DNA from: Candidatus Levyibacteriota bacterium
GTDB taxonomy: Bacteria > Patescibacteriota > Microgenomatia > Levybacterales > UBA12049
DNA: 64,000 bases
Assembly: GCA_963716145.1 (NCBI GenBank)
Contig: OY970292.1
Coordinates: forward strand, 469,171 to 533,170
Direction: 5' to 3'
Shown here: piece by piece, positions 54,967-64,000 of the stretch
How the letters are laid out: every line of letters begins with the position of its first letter
Position numbering within the stretch: the stretch's first letter is position 1
The notes under the pieces: generated by a model
Databases searched by the model: none
Told to the model about the DNA's origin: nothing
Seen by the model: only the letters and a program-made list of their open reading frames with translations
Made by a program: the position numbers and the translations under genes

Positions 54967-55724
54967 TCAGTTATTAGTGGTGATCACAAACACAGTCTCC
55001 AATTTGTTAAAATCAACCAAACTTCTTATATCCGCGGATTGAAATAGATTGCTTGCTTTTTTATTTACTGACACTATTTTTCCGACTACCAGATCAGGCG
55101 GAAATCCTAGACCATTTTCGTCCGTATCTCCCTTTGTGCTGACCAAATCGTCTTTTTCCAATCCTTCTGCCAAAACTACATTATCAAGCACCAGTCCTCC
55201 CGCTTGTCCACGTATTATTCCGAGGAGCCTGTTTTAAGTGTTTTTGCGGTAAATGATATGTTGCTTGAAATAAGCCTTATAATTGAAAGATGTTGAGATG
55301 CTTTGTCTACCTTACCAACCAGATTGTCTTTTACAACAACCACCTGCCCCTTTTTTATGCCGTCTGCCTGTCCTTTGTCTATTATGATAGTCTCCCCCAT
55401 CCCACCTATTACCATTGCCGGTAAAAGCGTTCTTGGGGATGGATTTGCGGTTTCGAATTGATCCCTAAGGGCCTGGATTTCATGTACCTGTTCTGTCTGC
55501 TTTACTAGCTCTGATGCCAATTTTGCATTTTCCTCTCGCAACTTTACTGTCTCTCCTCTATCTGAATTTATTGTGCCAAAAACCGTCCGCTGCAAAGGAA
55601 GTGTTGCACCCTCAAAAAAACCGGTTAAACCGGCGAGATATCCGGCGCGGGATAAAACAAAAAGAAGTATTGCAAGAATAAAAAAAATCAAAAAAACAGG
55701 GAAAAAGCTCTTCCTCTTTTGCAT
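54967..55724 (-). CDS. mreC: rod shape-determining protein MreC, interrupted by a 1-nt frameshift near 55205
   Basis: ORF 55215-55724 has the TM plus coiled coil (ENAKLASELVKQTEQVHEIQALRDQ) and first beta domain. ORF 54967-55191 has the conserved C-terminal domain (GLVLDNVVLAEGLEKDDLVSTKGDTDENGLGFPPDLVVGKIV). Restoring one G in tcgg(g)aataata joins them. Confidence 0.75.
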
Positions 55725-55790
55725 AAGGCTATTATATGAGGTTTGCCAATTTATGGCAACCGGAGCAGAATTAAATAGTTGCTTTACGGA

Positions 55791-56090
55791 TTATCTTAAT
55801 TTCCAGAGAGTAACAACATCAGGATAATATCCGCCCAAATTCTCACGCCTAGAACTTACTACTCCACTTTCATTTAACCTAGAAAGAGCCCGCCTTAGTC
55901 TTACCGGATGTAAACCAAACGGTTTTTCTCCGCTTCGTTCTCTGTGATGATTTATCGTTCGCGCTATTTGAAACTGTCTAGGTTCTTCTACATCTTCATC
56001 CCGTAAACCACGCATGGCTCGAGGAATGTCAGTCAGTAATTCCTGCCGTTCTCTCCATTTCCTATCTCGTCTTTCTGCCAAAGCTCCCAT
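55791..56090 (-). CDS. hypothetical protein (99 aa, basic)
   Basis: ORF between mreC and mreB. Arg-rich. Shares a weak VR..RAL..L motif with the next ORF. Confidence 0.3.
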   Translation of the reverse strand: MGALAERRDRKWRERQELLTDIPRAMRGLRDEDVEEPRQFQIARTINHHRERSGEKPFGLHPVRLRRALSRLNESGVVSSRRENLGGYYPDVVTLWKLR

Positions 56091-56162
56091 AAATGTATCA
56101 TGTCAAAAACATTTATTGCTTGTCAACCTGCCTCAACTCCTATTAATAATGGCAACTTATCG

Positions 56163-56492
56163 TTAGACTTTTGCAGCTTCAGAAGGAACAAGAGGAGCCC
56201 AAACAAGTCTTGAATTTTTATCAACCTTGGATTTTGCTTTTTTTTCCCTTCTAAGTGCTTCGAGTGCTCTCTCAACCCTTCTAACTGATGGAACAGAAAA
56301 GAAACCCGCTTTTTTACCTCCTATAATCCTTTGCCTGCCTACTTGGTGGGCAATATCTAGAGAATCAAATGCTGGCCTAACCATTCTCTCTTTTCCGCGT
56401 TCATAAAGCGTAATAAGTGCACCATTTACCTCCCCGGGAAACTGCTCACGTCTTTGTCTTCTTTCAGCAAATACTTCTGCCGGACTTCTCAT
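56163..56492 (-). CDS. hypothetical protein (109 aa, basic)
   Basis: ORF between mreC and mreB. IIGGKKAGFFSVPSVRRVERALEALRREKK. No family recognised. Confidence 0.35.
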   Translation of the reverse strand: MRSPAEVFAERRQRREQFPGEVNGALITLYERGKERMVRPAFDSLDIAHQVGRQRIIGGKKAGFFSVPSVRRVERALEALRREKKAKSKVDKNSRLVWAPLVPSEAAKV

Positions 56493-56531
56493 ATTATATT
56501 GCAGTATATCAAAAGATTTTTAACTGTCAAC

Positions 56532-57655
56532 CTATCTCAATCCCCCAATTACCTTCACCCTCTCAAGTAACTGTTCGTTTTCCAGAACTTTTCCGGTACC
56601 ACGTACTACCGATGTCATTGGGTCGGATGAGACAAAAACAGGCATATGCACCCTCTCAACAATCAGCTGATCAAAACCTTCCAGGTTGGCACCTCCTCCT
56701 GTCAGGAGAATTCCTTGCTCCAGGATATCAGGCAAAAGCTCAGGCGGTGTCTCTTCTATCACATCGGCAATAGCCTGAATGATTTTATTTATAACTGGAG
56801 AAAGTGCTTCACGTATTTCTGCTTCTGTTATTTTCAAGCTTTTGGGGAGTCCTGTCTCAATATCCCTCCCCCTGACAATCATAACTTTGCTTGTTTTGTC
56901 CAATTCAGATTTATCGTCATCCTCTTCCTTTCCTTGTTCTAGGTTCTTAGTTCTAAGTTTTGAGCTTCGCTCAAAAGCGCTTCCTATCTTTATTTTTATA
57001 TTTTCAGCAGTTGATTCCCCAAGAAGCATTCCATGACGAAGGCGTACGTAATGCAGAATAGCTTGATCCATCTCATCCCCCGCCAACTTCATAGAGCGCC
57101 CTACAACAATTCCGCCAAGAGAGATAACCGCAATCTCTGTGGTTCCGCCTCCTATATCAACAACCATTACACCTTTTGATTGAAAAATGGAGATATTTTC
57201 ACCAAGCGCCGCTGCCATCGGTTCCTCGATAAGATATGCTTCCCGAGCACCTGCTGACAACGCTGCCTCCCAAACAGCACGTCTTTGTACTTCAGTCACT
57301 GCTGAGGGATCCCGATCACAACTTTTGGCCGCACAAACATCCCGGTCAATTTTCCGCCTAATTCATGAACTTGCTTTATGTAATGAGAGATTAGGGTAAC
57401 TGTAGCGTCAAAATCAGCAATTGTACCACCGGTTAAAGGTCTTACCGTTACAATTGAATCGGGAGTTTTCCCCAGCATTTTTTTGGCTTCCGAGCCTATC
57501 GCGATAATCTGTTTGGTCTTTTTATGTCTTGCCACAACTGCCGGTTCTCTTATAACAATCCCTTTGTCTTTGACAAAAACTAACGTATTGGCAGTACCGA
57601 GGTCAATTCCCATGTCCAAACTAAATAAGCCATAGAAGGAATTTAGTATATTCAT
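56532..57655 (-). CDS. mreB: rod shape-determining protein MreB, interrupted by a 1-nt frameshift near 57297
   Basis: N-terminal part DMGIDLGTANTLVFVKDKGIVIREPAVVA...RPKVVIGIP (ORF 57296-57781). C-terminal part TEVQRRAVWEAALSAGAREAYLIEEPMAAALG...VVDIGGGTTEIAVISLGG (ORF 56532-57299). Expected join is ...VVIGIPSAVTEVQRRAV... Confidence 0.85.
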
Positions 57656-57928
57656 ATCAAAACCAATTCTATCAGCTTGTCCCGTTAGAAATCCAGTATT
57701 AATACTTCTGATTAATATAACAAAATGCATCAATTTTATAAAAGTTAGCTTGAAAATTTTTCTAACGGGGCTTGCCCACATTTTTCCAATATGATAACAT
57801 CATAAAAGAATTTAAAATTTTCAATTTTTAATTTTCATTGAATTTTCAATTATTAAGTTTTTAATGTTTTAAACATTTTAAATTATGATTTCATTGAAAA
57901 TTTCAAATTTCGAATTGAAAATTAAACT

Positions 57929-60406
57929 ATGAAAATCATCAATTATCTCAACCGCATTATTGAATTCTCTTTCTACCTCCTTTTCCTGCTTGTACCTCTG
58001 GTTTTCAGCAGCTCTCCCTCTGAGCTGTTTGAATTCCCCAAAATGTGGCTTACTTTTGGATTAACGATAGTAATTGTCACCTTCTGGATTGTAAAAATGA
58101 TCCTCCAAAGGAGGATTCTTATTCAACGGACACCGCTAGATATTCCTCTCCTTCTTTTCCTTACTTCCCAAATAGTCTCAACTCTTTATTCACTCGATCC
58201 TCACGTCTCTCTCTGGGGATATTATTCACGATTTAATGGCGGACTACTTTCGACAATTTCTTATGTACTTTTGTATTATGCCTTTGTTAGCAATTTTTCA
58301 AACAACGTTGAAGTTAAAAAACCAAATGGACTTATTTATTCAATCTTCGCAATAGGAATTACTCTTCTCCTGAGCCTATCTACAATAGTCATGACAGGAC
58401 TTTCTTTTCTCTCCTTAAGTGTTTTTTTAACCAGCAGCATATTCTTTCTGAGCACTTGGTATCTACCGGGAAGTGTAGCAATGCGAACAATTTCAATAAG
58501 CTTAATATCTGGATCACTTGTCGCACTCTGGGGATTTCCATCACACTTTGGATATGATCCGACTTGTTTTATTTTCAGAGGGAGTTTTGACACATCATGT
58601 TGGACTGAAGCTTTTAAGCCCACAATCCGAATCTTCTCAACTCTTGGCCAGCCTGCATGGCTAGCAGCATATCTATCTATTCTAATACCGCTTGCGATTT
58701 CATATTTTTTGATATCTCGAGAAACGCAAGATACATCTTCAACAAAGAATCAAGAATCAAGAATCAAGAATTACGGAAACCCAAAAAAAAATTATCTTAC
58801 TTCTTACTTCTTACTTCTTACTTCTTTACTCTTTTATGCTTGCCTCACCTACACCGATACCAGAGGCGGATTCATCGGTTTCTGGATCGCCAATCTTATT
58901 TTCTGGGGCTTAGTTTATTTTAAAAAAATTTTATCCGGCAAAAATTTTCTTAAATATTTTCTTATATTTAATCTTTTATTTTTAATCTTTAATTTTCTAC
59001 AAGGTATTCCCATTTCACAAATTTCAAAATTCACTTATCCTGAGCTAAATAAAACACAATCAAGCCCAACTGTAGTACCAAAGCCAGCTGCCGGAGAACT
59101 CGGCGGAACTGATTCCGGCAAAATCCGCCTTTTAGTTTGGCAAGGAGCAATTGATATATGGCAGGACAATCCAATTATCGGCACCGGTGTTGAGACTTAT
59201 GCTTTTGCGTACTATAAATACAAGCCGGTAGCGCACAATCTCACATCCGAATGGGATTATCTCTACAACAAAGCCCACAATGAATACCTGAATTATCTGG
59301 CTACAACAGGGATATTTGGATTGGGAAGCTACTTAGCAATCATCGGGACGTTCCTTTTCCTCTGTCTTAAGCATCTCAAAATTCAAAATTCAAAATTCAA
59401 AACTACAACTCAAAATTCAAAAATTGAAAACTTGGAAAATTCATTGGAAATTGGAAATTGGAAATTGGAAATTGCCCTTATCGCAAGCTATATTTCAATC
59501 CTCGTTTCTAACTTCTTCGGCTTCTCGGTTGTGATCATCAATCTCTATTTCTTTTTAATCCCGGCATTTGTCTTTATACTGGGAAATTTTCTGAGTCCTG
59601 ACAAAGCTTTAGTGTTCCCAAACAATAAATTAAGAGCTGAGAATCAAGAATTAAGGAAAAAAGAAAATATTACAGCGCTACAATGGATTCTTATTGCACT
59701 CTTACTTCTTACTTCTTACTTCTTACTTCTTACTTTAGTACGCTACTGGAATGCTGACATAAATTACGCGATCGGGTCAAATCTTGATAAAGCCGGCAGT
59801 TACCAGGAAGCAACTAAACCGCTCCAAAACGCAGTGGAGGCAAAACCCAATGAACCGGTATACAAAGACGAACTGTCGATAAATTTAGGCACACTCGCCG
59901 CTGCTCTCTACCTACAGAAAGATGCTTCAAGCGGTGCACAGCTTGCCCGTGACGCGATTTCACTTAGCGATCAGGTAGTTGCAAATCACCCCAATGATGT
60001 TGTCTTTTGGAAAAACCGCGTACGGCTTTTCTACACACTTGCACAAGGCGACACAGCGCATGAAAAAAATTACCTTGACCAAGCTCTAAAAGCGATTAAA
60101 AAAACTCAAGAGCTGGCTCCAAATGATGCCAAAATTTCTTATAACTATGCTGTTTTAGCTGGACAGATTAAGACTCCTCAAAAAGGAATTGAGATTCTTG
60201 AAAATACTATTAAATTGAAACCAGACTACCGCGATGCATATTTTGCATTGGGATTGTATTTTCATCAGTTGGCAACAGATAAAGATGGAAATGTTGTGGA
60301 TTCTGCTTTGCAGAAAAAAGCAGTTGACGCTTATAACTACATTCTAAAAAATCTTGATCCAAATGATAAACAAATAAAAGATAGCTTGAAAAGTTGGGAG
60401 AAATAA
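57929..60406 (+). CDS. O-antigen ligase (Wzy_C) family membrane protein with C-terminal TPR repeats
   Basis: About 12 TM helices. Wzy_C core RLLVWQGAIDIWQDNPIIGTGVETYAFAY...HNLTSEWDYLYNKAHNEYLNYLATTGIFG. C-terminal 250 aa with TPR-like repeats (AYFALGLYFHQL...). Three in-frame low-complexity blocks. Confidence 0.7.
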   Translation: MKIINYLNRIIEFSFYLLFLLVPLVFSSSPSELFEFPKMWLTFGLTIVIVTFWIVKMILQRRILIQRTPLDIPLLLFLTSQIVSTLYSLDPHVSLWGYYSRFNGGLLSTISYVLLYYAFVSNFSNNVEVKKPNGLIYSIFAIGITLLLSLSTIVMTGLSFLSLSVFLTSSIFFLSTWYLPGSVAMRTISISLISGSLVALWGFPSHFGYDPTCFIFRGSFDTSCWTEAFKPTIRIFSTLGQPAWLAAYLSILIPLAISYFLISRETQDTSSTKNQESRIKNYGNPKKNYLTSYFLLLTSLLFYACLTYTDTRGGFIGFWIANLIFWGLVYFKKILSGKNFLKYFLIFNLLFLIFNFLQGIPISQISKFTYPELNKTQSSPTVVPKPAAGELGGTDSGKIRLLVWQGAIDIWQDNPIIGTGVETYAFAYYKYKPVAHNLTSEWDYLYNKAHNEYLNYLATTGIFGLGSYLAIIGTFLFLCLKHLKIQNSKFKTTTQNSKIENLENSLEIGNWKLEIALIASYISILVSNFFGFSVVIINLYFFLIPAFVFILGNFLSPDKALVFPNNKLRAENQELRKKENITALQWILIALLLLTSYFLLLTLVRYWNADINYAIGSNLDKAGSYQEATKPLQNAVEAKPNEPVYKDELSINLGTLAAALYLQKDASSGAQLARDAISLSDQVVANHPNDVVFWKNRVRLFYTLAQGDTAHEKNYLDQALKAIKKTQELAPNDAKISYNYAVLAGQIKTPQKGIEILENTIKLKPDYRDAYFALGLYFHQLATDKDGNVVDSALQKKAVDAYNYILKNLDPNDKQIKDSLKSWEK

Positions 60407-60425
60407 ACTAGAATTCACAATTAGT

Positions 60426-61016
60426 ATGAAGATTGTTCAGGCGCCAAATGAAGTTTTGGCAAATCCCTCCCAACCGGTTAGAAAGATTGATAAATCAATC
60501 CACGCTCTTCTTAAAGAGATGGAGAAATCACTTCTTACGGCAACAGATCCTGAAGGAGTTGGCCTCGCTGCACCGCAAATCGGCAAGGGCCTACAAATTT
60601 TCATAGTCAAAGAAAATCCTGAAGCAAAGTTAAAGGTATTTATAAATCCGGTTATTGAAAGTTTTGTAGAAAAACCAAAAGAAGAAAATTTAGTTGCCGT
60701 TCAAAGTAAAAAAACCTCAAAAGCCAAGAAAAAGGCAGGCATTAAAAAAGGCGTCCAGCTGGAAGGCTGCCTCTCACTTAAAGATATTTGGGGAGTTGTC
60801 AAGCGTCATGACGAAGTTGTTTTATCCTTCATGGATGAAAATGGTGTGCAGCACAAAAAGACATTTGATGGGTTTCTGAGCGTAATTATTCAGCATGAAT
60901 ACGACCATCTGCAGGGAATTCTCTTTCCCAAAAGAGTCCTTGAGCAGAAAGAAAAACTTTACAAATCGGTAAAAAATAAAAAAGGCGAGACGGAATTTGA
61001 GGAACTGGAAATTTAA
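60426..61016 (+). CDS. def: peptide deformylase
   Basis: Motif I GVGLAAPQIG, motif II EGCLS, motif III HEYDHLQG. K-rich insert between motifs I and II. Confidence 0.85.
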   Translation: MKIVQAPNEVLANPSQPVRKIDKSIHALLKEMEKSLLTATDPEGVGLAAPQIGKGLQIFIVKENPEAKLKVFINPVIESFVEKPKEENLVAVQSKKTSKAKKKAGIKKGVQLEGCLSLKDIWGVVKRHDEVVLSFMDENGVQHKKTFDGFLSVIIQHEYDHLQGILFPKRVLEQKEKLYKSVKNKKGETEFEELEI

Positions 61017-61037
61017 ATTTTAAACATTAAAAATTGA

Positions 61038-61904
61038 ATGAAAATTGAAAATTTTAAATTGAAAATTGTTTTTTTGGGTAATACCAAATTCTCGCTCATC
61101 GGTGCACAGATTATTCATCAAAAAATCGGATTGTCTCAAATAGTGACGCTCCCCGACCGGCCTGATAAAAAGGGTAACCCAGCTCCAAACCCTCTAAAAA
61201 CCTTTGCAATTGAAAATAAAATTCCTTATCTTTTGGTTGATAAAATAACCGATGAAATTGTAGCTCAAATTGAGGCATTAAACCCAGATTTTCTGGTAGT
61301 TGAAGACTATGGATTAATTTTGCCCCCCCAACTTCTAACAGTCCCCAAATACCTAAGTCTTAATATCCACCATTCTTTACTGCCAAAATACCGTGGCACT
61401 TCCCCGGCACCCTTTGCTATTTTGGCGGGCGACAAAATAACAGGAGTTACAGTGATTGCGATGAATGACAAAGTAGACGCCGGTGACATTTTGGCGCAAA
61501 AAAATTACGAGATGAAACCCGATGAAACAACAGAAAGTCTTCTGACAGAATTAAATAAATTGGGCGGAGAAATAATAATTCCTGTTATAGAGAATTACGC
61601 AAAAGGAAAAATAGACGCCAAAAAACAGGATGAGTCAAAAGCAACTTACACAATGCGCATGAGCAAATCTGATGGACAGATTGATCTAAATAAGCCGCCG
61701 GATAAAGCCAAACTCGACCGCATGATTAGAGCATATTATCCCTGGCCGACCGTATGGACCAAAGCAAGAATTAAGAATCAAGAATTAAGAATAAAGTTCT
61801 TGCCCAAGCAAAAACTTCAAGTGGATGGCGGCAAACCAATGAGTCTTAAAGATTTTTTCAACGGCTATCCGGAATTGAAAAACCAAATAGAAAAATTGGT
61901 TTAG
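61038..61904 (+). CDS. fmt: methionyl-tRNA formyltransferase
   Basis: NIHHSLLPKYRGTSPAPFAILAGDKITGVTV (formyltransferase core). C-terminal domain present. The gene begins inside a GAAAATTGAAAATT word repeat (MKIENFKLKIV). Confidence 0.85.
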   Translation: MKIENFKLKIVFLGNTKFSLIGAQIIHQKIGLSQIVTLPDRPDKKGNPAPNPLKTFAIENKIPYLLVDKITDEIVAQIEALNPDFLVVEDYGLILPPQLLTVPKYLSLNIHHSLLPKYRGTSPAPFAILAGDKITGVTVIAMNDKVDAGDILAQKNYEMKPDETTESLLTELNKLGGEIIIPVIENYAKGKIDAKKQDESKATYTMRMSKSDGQIDLNKPPDKAKLDRMIRAYYPWPTVWTKARIKNQELRIKFLPKQKLQVDGGKPMSLKDFFNGYPELKNQIEKLV

Positions 61905-61909
61905 TATAT

Positions 61910-62266
61910 TTACCTTCTCTGAGGGGGATCTTTTACGATAACAACAACTACTCGGCCTTTTCTATTATCATCAGGTTTCCAGCTATAAGAATATCCTTCC
62001 GGTGCTTTAAGTTCCCATTTATCTCCAGGACGTTTCCGCACCATAAATTCACGCAAGTTAATTTTACCCAAAGCTGCCCTAGTATCGGCCACTGGTCCAT
62101 CCAAACCCCCAGCTTCAGATGTAGAAAGAGGCTTACGATTACCATTCCCATTAAGAAATTCAACTTTGGCTAATATTTCTCGCCATACAACTTCATCTAC
62201 TCCCACGCTTCTGGGTATTGGCGATGATGCTTCTCTTCCGCTGCCTGTAGACGCTTCAGTGCTCAT
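61910..62266 (-). CDS. hypothetical protein (118 aa)
   Basis: Intact ORF, GC-richer than neighbours. No family recognised. Confidence 0.35.
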   Translation of the reverse strand: MSTEASTGSGREASSPIPRSVGVDEVVWREILAKVEFLNGNGNRKPLSTSEAGGLDGPVADTRAALGKINLREFMVRKRPGDKWELKAPEGYSYSWKPDDNRKGRVVVVIVKDPPQRR

Positions 62267-62406
62267 TATTTATCTTGGGGAATTATACCAAGAAAAAGTC
62301 GAAAATTGAAGTGGGAAAACCAATGATCTTAAAGATTTTGCAATCTGCTTATGAGCGGCTATCCTGATACAAAAAATGTAGCTAAAAGTTTGCCTAATTT
62401 TCAATT

Positions 62407-62940
62407 TTATAGTCGAGGCATACTATTTCTGGGTTTATTTTTTTGCCTATCTGGCTGTATCTGCTTTGGGCGGACATTCAATTCCATAGCAGCAATCACT
62501 TCTTCTCCACTCGATTTTTTTCCAAACTTTGGTTTCTCCCCCAATTTATAACTCTCCTTAATTACTTCGAGCCTGCAAGGGTGTTTTGGTCCACTATGCG
62601 AGGCTGTCAAAAATCCATCCACGCCCCAGTCCATCAGAGTCATGAGGACCCGCGATCTGGCCCTGACCATCTCAAGCGATAGATGCTCCCTTGATCTATC
62701 TGTAGATTCTGGATCAAAACCACTTCTTGAATTTGCAGTTGTTGTATCAATTGCCTTAAGCATAACCTGCATTGCTTCCCAGTCTTTCCGAGCTACAATT
62801 TTTTTCATAACTATTCCAGCCCGCCTTTCTTTTCTACTGATCTTTTCAGCAGAACTTGTACCTGCATACGGCCTTATCAGAGAATCATCTACTCTCGTTT
62901 TAAGTCCTTGCATAATCCCTCTTTCTATCATGAGGAGCAT
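62407..62940 (-). CDS. hypothetical protein (177 aa)
   Basis: Intact ORF. No family recognised. Confidence 0.35.
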   Translation of the reverse strand: MLLMIERGIMQGLKTRVDDSLIRPYAGTSSAEKISRKERRAGIVMKKIVARKDWEAMQVMLKAIDTTTANSRSGFDPESTDRSREHLSLEMVRARSRVLMTLMDWGVDGFLTASHSGPKHPCRLEVIKESYKLGEKPKFGKKSSGEEVIAAMELNVRPKQIQPDRQKNKPRNSMPRL

Positions 62941-62962
62941 TATACCACCATATTGATGAAAA

Positions 62963-63193
62963 TTAAATAGTAATTGAGGCTGTTTGAGGTATATTTGTTT
63001 CTTCTTTTTTAACTGTTGGTTTCTTAGAAGTCCTAAGACACTTTGTGCACAGCTTCATTTTCACACTCATTCCATTTACTCCCACTCTTGTAGCGTGGAG
63101 ATTTGGTTTGAATTTCCTGGCTGTTCGCCTTTTGGAGTGAGACACATTGTGCCCGTACATTATTCCTTTTTTACAACTGGTGCATTTCATTGC
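62963..63193 (-). CDS. rpmB: 50S ribosomal protein L28 (start at MAMKCTSC)
   Basis: MAMKCTSCKKGIMYGHNVSHSKRRTARKFKPNLHATRV fits the L28 pattern C..CGK....GN.VSHS...T.R.F.PNL. Confidence 0.7.
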   Translation of the reverse strand, partial: AMKCTSCKKGIMYGHNVSHSKRRTARKFKPNLHATRVGVNGMSVKMKLCTKCLRTSKKPTVKKEETNIPQTASITI

Positions 63194-63335
63194 CATAGGA
63201 AAATATGATAACATATTAGAAGAAAATTTTCAATTCGATCCGCCAGTTGGCGAATTCAATCATGTTTCAATTTTTAAACATTTTGTCATTGAAAATTCAA
63301 TAAAAATTGAAAACTGAAAATTAAAAATTATTACT

Positions 63336-64000
63336 ATGGATCTTTTAGGCGCTATCATAAGTTTATTCATTCTCGTTTACTCTTCAATCCTTCATGAAAT
63401 AGCCCATGGATATGTGGCGTACCGGCTGGGTGACCCTACAGCGAAATTGACAGGCAGACTCACTCTCAATCCGCGACCACACATTGACCCATTCATGACC
63501 ATAATTCTTCCTTTGCTAACCTATTTTGGCGGAGTGATCATTGGAGGAGCAAGCCCGTGCCTGTTGACACTTTTAATCTCCGTGACGGTATAAAAGACCT
63601 GGCGCTTGTATCGATTGCAGGGCCATTTTACCAACATCTTGCTTGCTGTCGTAGGGAGCATTCTTATTCATCTTGTTTTCCCGGGCAGCGGATTTTATGA
63701 AGTATTAAATAGTGGGTTTTTTGGCTTCATACTGGCAACAATAGTCAGAATCAACCTTATACTCGCCATTTTCAATCTGGTCCCCATTCCTCCGCTTGAC
63801 GGGTCCAAGATTTTTGCCCTCATTCTTCCCAGAAAAGAAGCTGCGGCATTTCTCGCGATTGGCCAGCGCTTCGGAATGTTTCTCTTGATTTTTCTTTTGT
63901 ACTTTCCTATCGGTGGATTTTCACTGATTGGCTTTGTCGGAGACCCTCATCACCTACTCCCTAAGGCTTTTGGGATTCTAATTTATATTGACAAATATTA
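63336..64000 (+). CDS. site-2 protease (M50) family metalloprotease, partial at window end, with two 1-nt frameshifts (about 63560 and about 63640)
   Basis: ILHEIAHGYVAYRLGDPTAKLTGRLTLNPRPHIDPFMTIILP (HExxH). Downstream in other frames: KPVPVDTFNLRDGIKDLALVSIAGPF, then TNILLAVVGS...NLVPIPPLDGSKIFALILP (LDG motif). Confidence 0.65.

Overview
This 64 kb window looks like a small, AT-rich (about 40% GC) bacterial genome, most likely a CPR/Patescibacteria-type organism. The evidence: a 16S rRNA gene diverged at the universal 515 site, the 16S unlinked from any 23S in the window, a type IV pilin, cohesin/dockerin surface proteins, an O-antigen-ligase+TPR protein, and short versions of core proteins carrying low-complexity insertions. 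Standard genetic code; UGA is a stop. Housekeeping content: (1) An oxidative pentose-phosphate cluster zwf-pgl-gnd with gdhA between. (2) rpsB-tsf-frr. (3) A thymidylate supercluster: glyA, folA, thyA, a Dcd-like dUTPase, tmk and dcd within about 10 kb. (4) mreB-mreC-mreD-PBP2. (5) def-fmt, rpmB, topA, dprA, UDG family 4, two M50 metalloproteases, an S8 peptidase, an ABC-2 exporter and two RDD proteins. (6) 16S rRNA, tRNA-Cys and tRNA-Ile on the minus strand. Accessory content: three paralogous large surface proteins, each with an N-terminal cohesin-like domain and a C-terminal dockerin, plus a fourth small cohesin-like protein. Also several vWA, DUF11 and Cys-rich secreted proteins, and a 537-aa orphan. 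The main observations: (a) Several families of short dispersed repeats sit both in intergenic regions and IN FRAME inside essential genes. These include a 90-100 nt palindromic element present twice in topA and once between tsf and frr (analogous to Rickettsia palindromic elements), an identical 33-nt (AACTTTG)n block in rseP and topA, and an AGAATCAAGAATTAAG-type block coding I-K-N-Q-E-L-R-I-K in at least seven genes. (b) A conserved hairpin terminator occurs three times around the 16S gene, next to a consensus sigma70 promoter. (c) The cohesin-dockerin surface locus. (d) A (TA)n tract in the pilin promoter. (e) A perfect (GGSS)n repeat in the S8 peptidase. (f) At least seven single-nucleotide frameshifts in conserved genes (glyA, mreB, mreC, the M50 protease twice, a cohesin/dockerin paralog, the S8 peptidase). 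These are best explained as homopolymer sequencing/assembly errors. No CRISPR array, transposase, integrase or reverse transcriptase was seen.
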